Of a stretch of DNA of 54,060 nt, positions 49,348-54,060 are shown in pieces. Both the position numbers and the translations under genes were made by a program. The number at the start of each line of letters is the position of its first letter. Within the stretch, counting starts at the first letter, position 1. The notes beneath the pieces are model-generated. The model ran no database searches. It was not told where the DNA came from and was given only the letters and a program-made list of their open reading frames with translations. The DNA is from a virus (taxonomy: Duplodnaviria; Heunggongvirae; Uroviricota; Caudoviricetes): IMG/VR virus record IMGVR_UViG_3300037280_000066, positions 1 through 54,060 of that record; one strand, 5' to 3'.

Positions 49348-50541
49348 ATGGCTAAACAAGTAGAAAAGGTAGCACTTTCAAAGGGTAAAGCTTTCTTCAA
49401 TCTTACTGGTACTGCAAAAGTTAATGATTACACATTCAAGTTGAATGAAGTGTCAGAAAAAACAGGATACAAGTATTCTAGGTTGAATCTTGGTGTAGAA
49501 ACTTCGGCAGGAAATGTAGTTTACACTGAATTAATGGGTGGATTCTTCCCATCAAAAGAAAATGTAATTTATGTAGCTTCTAAGGAAGACATAAAGAATT
49601 CATACACTATTGATTGGGCAGATAGAAATGATGCCAAAGTTCTCGAAACAATTCATGCTTCAAAGTTTATCAGAGTAGGTATTGAAAAAATGGTTGACCC
49701 TGATAACAAAGACAAAGAAAAGACTTTTGTAAAAAGGTTCTTGAGTGCGTATGATGCAATTGCTTATATCTCTGAACACATCACAGAAGGTATGACAATA
49801 AGTGTAAGAGGTACTTTAAAGTATGCTACATATAATGACAAAGTACAAATTAAGAAAGAAATCACAAGCATTTTCCTTGCAAAAGAAGATGAACCATTCA
49901 AAGCAAACTTTGTGCAAACCATCTTGTTAGATAAAGATAGTGTTGAAAAGTTAGACCCTGAAACACAGGAATTCCCAATCTCTGCTAGAGTTGTTGATTA
50001 TGTAAAAATGTGGGGAACAAAAGAAGTAAAAACAAATGTTCCATACTACATGAACTACACAATCAAGCAAGAGAACTCTACAATGAGTGCTGACCAAGTT
50101 AAGAAATTCTTAACAAAGTACTTCAAGGTTAAAAAAGGTATCACTGAATTTGCTGTTGAAGGTGATATAATTGAAGGAACTCAAATGGGTGAAGTGACAG
50201 AAGATGATATTCCAGATGATATGCAGGAATTGATTGACCTTGGCTTGTATACTAAAGAAGAAATTCTTGGTAAAATGGTTGTTAGAGGTGATAAAGTTTC
50301 TAAGTTTGTTATTACAAAGCCTTACGTTCAACAGATTGATAACAATGGCGAGAAAAGAATCCAAATTTTCTTCTCAGAAGCAAAGTACACTGATGCTGAT
50401 TTAGTATTTGACTTCATGTATGAAACTGATGCTGAAACTGAGGTAGAAAAACCAAAGGCTGATACTAAATCATCTGAGGATGATAGTGATGCATGGCTTA
50501 AAGAACTAGGTGGCAGTGATTCAGTTGATGATGAAGGTTAA
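49348..50541 (+). CDS. Probable single-stranded DNA-binding/replication protein
   Basis: Beta-rich body, acidic C-terminal tail, first gene of the replication operon; RBS GGAGG places the start at 49348. Confidence 0.5.
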   Translation: MAKQVEKVALSKGKAFFNLTGTAKVNDYTFKLNEVSEKTGYKYSRLNLGVETSAGNVVYTELMGGFFPSKENVIYVASKEDIKNSYTIDWADRNDAKVLETIHASKFIRVGIEKMVDPDNKDKEKTFVKRFLSAYDAIAYISEHITEGMTISVRGTLKYATYNDKVQIKKEITSIFLAKEDEPFKANFVQTILLDKDSVEKLDPETQEFPISARVVDYVKMWGTKEVKTNVPYYMNYTIKQENSTMSADQVKKFLTKYFKVKKGITEFAVEGDIIEGTQMGEVTEDDIPDDMQELIDLGLYTKEEILGKMVVRGDKVSKFVITKPYVQQIDNNGEKRIQIFFSEAKYTDADLVFDFMYETDAETEVEKPKADTKSSEDDSDAWLKELGGSDSVDDEG

Positions 50542-50637
50542 GATTTAGGTTAATGTGGGGGAATGCACCTTCCCCCTTAAAACTAAAGCACATATAATTA
50601 ACATAGAATAAAAAAATTATACTAGGAGGAATACATA

Positions 50638-51579
50638 ATGAGTATTTTTAGAAAGCCATCAATAGCAAAAATTGGATTAAAGGTTCTAGGATATGGTGGG
50701 TTTGGAGTAGGTAAATCAACTTTTGGACTTAGTTTCCCAAAGATTGTAGCTATTGATAGTGAAGCAGGTCTTTCAATGTATGAAGGTAACCCAAATATCT
50801 TGCTTATCGTAAACACTTCATCTGTATCTGATGTAGAAGAAGGTATTTCAGAAATTGAAGATATGGAAGGTGTTGGAACTTTCCTTATTGACTCAGAAAC
50901 AAAAGTATATGATTCAATGCAGGTTTCAGCCATGGAAGTAGAAGAAAAAAGAGCAAAGAAAAAAGGTGGAGATGTTCAAGATGCCACTGTTTCTGTAAAA
51001 GGTTGGGGTAAAATCAAGTTGCTTAATAAGAAGATTCAAAATCTTAAGATTGACTTATCTTCAAAAGGCACACACATTGTAAGCATCAGCCAGATGGAAG
51101 ATGTTAAAGAAAAGCGTGGAGAAAACTTTGTTAAAATTGGTGATAAACCTTCAATGGCAAAGGGTATTGAATATGACTATGACATTGTTGTTAAACTCTT
51201 TACAGAAACCAACACAAAAGGTGTGGAAGTTTACAAAGGCTTAGTTGAAAAGGACAGAACTGGTGTATTCAAAAAAGGTGATATAATTGATAATCCATCT
51301 TATGATTACTGGAAATCTTACTGTGAAAAGAATGCAGACCTTCAAGAGAGAACTGTAAGCTATTCAAAAGATGTTGAAAAAGACATTGAGAAAATGCAGG
51401 AAGATAGTGATAAGATTGATGATTTAATCACTGAATTCAAATCAGTTATGAAGGGCTTAACAAAGGATAACCAAGTTAAAGTTCAGAAGAAACTGAAAGA
51501 TTTGGGTATTGAAAATCCATTAAAAACAGATAATCATGAGGGTATGACTAACTTGTTAGAATACATGAAAGCTCTGTAA
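50638..51579 (+). CDS. AAA_24/Sak4-like ATPase
   Basis: YGGFGVGKST, IDSE, FLIDS, EKDRTG. Confidence 0.75.
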   Translation: MSIFRKPSIAKIGLKVLGYGGFGVGKSTFGLSFPKIVAIDSEAGLSMYEGNPNILLIVNTSSVSDVEEGISEIEDMEGVGTFLIDSETKVYDSMQVSAMEVEEKRAKKKGGDVQDATVSVKGWGKIKLLNKKIQNLKIDLSSKGTHIVSISQMEDVKEKRGENFVKIGDKPSMAKGIEYDYDIVVKLFTETNTKGVEVYKGLVEKDRTGVFKKGDIIDNPSYDYWKSYCEKNADLQERTVSYSKDVEKDIEKMQEDSDKIDDLITEFKSVMKGLTKDNQVKVQKKLKDLGIENPLKTDNHEGMTNLLEYMKAL

Positions 51580-51648
51580 GATGATTTTACATCAGGGAGT
51601 TGTACATTATAGGTGTGCAACTCCTAATTTGTTAAGGAGGAATACATA

Positions 51649-52275
51649 ATGCCTAAAGCTAAAAGAGTCAAAAGTGATGTTGTAAAAGTGCCTAAACCAC
51701 CACAGGAAGTTAAATGCAATCTATGTGGCAAAAAAGTATTAGTGTCTGATGTTATAAGATATAAAGACAAAAACTATCATGCAGAATGTGTTGAACAAAA
51801 AAAAATAAATGAAGCAGTACATGCAGAGTGGGAAGATTTATGTGCTTATGTTCACAAACATATTATGGGATGGTCAGAAGATATGAAATTCCCTAATAAA
51901 ATAATTCTTAGGTTAAGAGGTTTACATGAGGGGCAGTTTATAGCAAATAAGAGAAATCCACCTAATGCACACTATTCATTTAAAGCTATAAAATATACTT
52001 TCATGACAAAAAGACTTGACATTATTGCTAGTTGTGCAGGTAAAAGTTTTAAAGATGATGTTTTTAAATTTAACTATATCATGGCAATTATTGAAAATAG
52101 TATAAATGAAGTAGTTTTGAAAATGAAAAATAACGCTGAAACTAATAGGAAATTAGACAATCTTGAGATAAGTGATTTACAAACAACTGATGAATCATAT
52201 ACTCCACCTTCTAAACCAATAGAAGAGAAAAAACCTGAAAGTAAAACAGTAGAGAAATTAAAAAACTTATGGTAA
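51649..52275 (+). CDS. Hypothetical replication-module protein with zinc motif
   Basis: CNLC...HAEC; lies directly before the helicase. Confidence 0.55.
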   Translation: MPKAKRVKSDVVKVPKPPQEVKCNLCGKKVLVSDVIRYKDKNYHAECVEQKKINEAVHAEWEDLCAYVHKHIMGWSEDMKFPNKIILRLRGLHEGQFIANKRNPPNAHYSFKAIKYTFMTKRLDIIASCAGKSFKDDVFKFNYIMAIIENSINEVVLKMKNNAETNRKLDNLEISDLQTTDESYTPPSKPIEEKKPESKTVEKLKNLW

Positions 52276-52287
52276 AGGAGAATACAT

Positions 52288-53742
52288 ATGGCAGGGATTG
52301 TCGCAGAAATAAAAGCATTAAAAAAACCTTGTGAAGCGAATATTGTTTCATGTTTTTATAAAAATCCAGAGTTACTATATGAACATGAAAAATTAACTGT
52401 GGATGATTTTGAGTTTAATGAATGGAAAGTATTCTTTTCAATAGCTCAAGACTTGATTGTAAGAGAGAAAAAACAAATTCTTGATGAAATAACTATTGGA
52501 TTTTACTTAGAAAAACATTCTAAATTAAGAGCCAAATATCATGAGTATGGTGGATATCAAATGTTGGAATCTGCCAAACAATACATAAAGATTGAGAACT
52601 TGGATGGTTATGTTACAGAACTTAATAAATGGAACACCATATTACAATTAATTGAAAGAGGTTTTCCTATCACAAAACATTTTGATGATTTTAAAGATAT
52701 GTCTTTAGAAGAAATACATCAATTTTATGAGGTTCAATTGAATGATACCTTCATTCATGTAGGTAATAGTGCTAAAATCAAGAGCCATAACCTATGTGAA
52801 GGTATTCATGATTTGATTGAGCAATGTGATAAAGGTCTTGACCATGGATTGGCTATAGAATCACCATTGATTAATGATGTTACTGGTGGAAACATGGCAG
52901 GTAATATAACATTACTAGGTGGTTCATCAGGTACAGGTAAGACTACTGTAACATTAGAAATAGTTTTAACAGCCATTATCAATCAAAATGAACAATGTGT
53001 AATGGTTATTAATGAGCAGGATGAAACTAAACTCAGAAAAGAAATGTTGGCTTGGACAGTTAATAACATATTGGGGAAAACTTTCAATAAGAAAAGATTG
53101 AGACAAGGTGGATTCACAGGGGATGAAAGAGCATGGCTAAAGGAAGCCGCGGATTGGTTAGAAGCTAAAAAGGATGATAAAAACATCACTATTATTCCTT
53201 TACAGAGTTATACTGTTAGCTTAATGAAAAAAATCATCAACAAATATGCAGGTTTAGGTGTAAAGTATTTCATTCTTGATACATTCAAAGCAAGTGATGA
53301 TGCTGACACAGATAAAATTTGGCTTGAAATGATGAATGACATGCGTAAATTATATGATACTGTTAAGCCATCAAATAAAAATGTTCACCTATGGTGTACA
53401 TTGCAGTTAAGAAAAGACAAAGTTTCCAGATACTTAACCAATGATAATATTGGTTTATCCAAGAACGTAGTTGATGTTTGTTCTACTGTATTGCTAATGA
53501 GGGCTGTCAGGGATGATGAAAAGGAAGATGGCAAGAATGAATTAAGAGTTTACAGATTAGAAGGCAAAAATGGAGCTACAAAGATTCCTGTAACACTACA
53601 TAAAGATAAACATTACATGGTAGTTTTTATTGATAAGAATAGAGAAGGAGAGTCTAATAGTTTCCAAGTTGTTGCAGAGGTAAACTTAGGTAGAAACACT
53701 TACAAAGAAATAGGTGTTGCTTATGTTCCACAAGACTATTAA
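52288..53742 (+). CDS. DnaB-like replicative helicase
   Basis: GSSGTGKT, NEQ, ILDT, LQL, DKNREG. Confidence 0.85.
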   Translation: MAGIVAEIKALKKPCEANIVSCFYKNPELLYEHEKLTVDDFEFNEWKVFFSIAQDLIVREKKQILDEITIGFYLEKHSKLRAKYHEYGGYQMLESAKQYIKIENLDGYVTELNKWNTILQLIERGFPITKHFDDFKDMSLEEIHQFYEVQLNDTFIHVGNSAKIKSHNLCEGIHDLIEQCDKGLDHGLAIESPLINDVTGGNMAGNITLLGGSSGTGKTTVTLEIVLTAIINQNEQCVMVINEQDETKLRKEMLAWTVNNILGKTFNKKRLRQGGFTGDERAWLKEAADWLEAKKDDKNITIIPLQSYTVSLMKKIINKYAGLGVKYFILDTFKASDDADTDKIWLEMMNDMRKLYDTVKPSNKNVHLWCTLQLRKDKVSRYLTNDNIGLSKNVVDVCSTVLLMRAVRDDEKEDGKNELRVYRLEGKNGATKIPVTLHKDKHYMVVFIDKNREGESNSFQVVAEVNLGRNTYKEIGVAYVPQDY

Positions 53743-53760
53743 CGTAAAGGATGAATTGAT

Positions 53761-54060
53761 ATGGATGCTTTGGATTTAAAAAAACACATTATTGAAAACA
53801 ATTTAATAATGACTGTATTAGAGAAATTACAGTGTCATTCAATAAAACCATATCCTCTTGAATATAGGGCAGGGTTACCAGACCATGGTAACCCTACTGG
53901 TATATCTGTTAAAAAAGACACACTAAAGACTACAGTATATTCAAGTGAAAAAGAAGTTGGTGGCGATATTTTTACGCTAATCATGAAAATAAAATCAATC
54001 TCTTTTCCTAAATCTGTTGTGTATATGCATAAACTTTTAGGGATTCCATATGAACTTTTC
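53761..54060 (+). CDS. Probable DNA primase, N-terminal part, truncated by the window edge
   Basis: Open frame from ATG 53761 to the end (MDALDLKKHIIENN...GGDIFTLIMKIKSISF..SV), following the helicase; GDIF.L motif typical of primase N-termini. Confidence 0.6.
   Translation, partial: MDALDLKKHIIENNLIMTVLEKLQCHSIKPYPLEYRAGLPDHGNPTGISVKKDTLKTTVYSSEKEVGGDIFTLIMKIKSISFPKSVVYMHKLLGIPYELF

Overview
AT-rich, fully + strand segment of a large phage (or prophage) of a Firmicutes host, probably clostridial: SigA-type TTGACA-N16/18-TATAAT promoters, AGGAGG RBSs, many short hypothetical ORFs, no virion genes. The main feature is the ORF-free first 1.9 kb, a non-coding RNA array directly upstream of a Ro60/TROVE (Rsr) gene. 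It holds 11 units sharing one covarying scaffold (outer stem / NAGTGYA-N7-GTTACTTC ... inner-stem complement-GHTTTTCT / outer stem), each closing a different cargo: circularly permuted tRNA-like domains opened at different points, or short loops. Four stand-alone tRNA-like genes with abnormal anticodon arms and a 26-bp hairpin are interleaved. I read this as a multi-copy, modular Y-RNA system. The rest of the window carries an RNA-repair and translation-rescue set (Pnkp-type kinase/phosphatase/ligase, DRB0094-type ligase, RlaP-like NTase, CCA-adding enzyme, NADAR-Pth2 fusion, phosphoesterase-S4 fusion, RlmN-like enzyme), an NAD+ set (PRS-like + NAMPT-like pair, WGR-PARP, NAD-dependent ligase), Ter genes, a C5 DNA methyltransferase and the start of the replication module. 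All calls come from reading motifs and base pairing by eye; no searches or folding programs were run.
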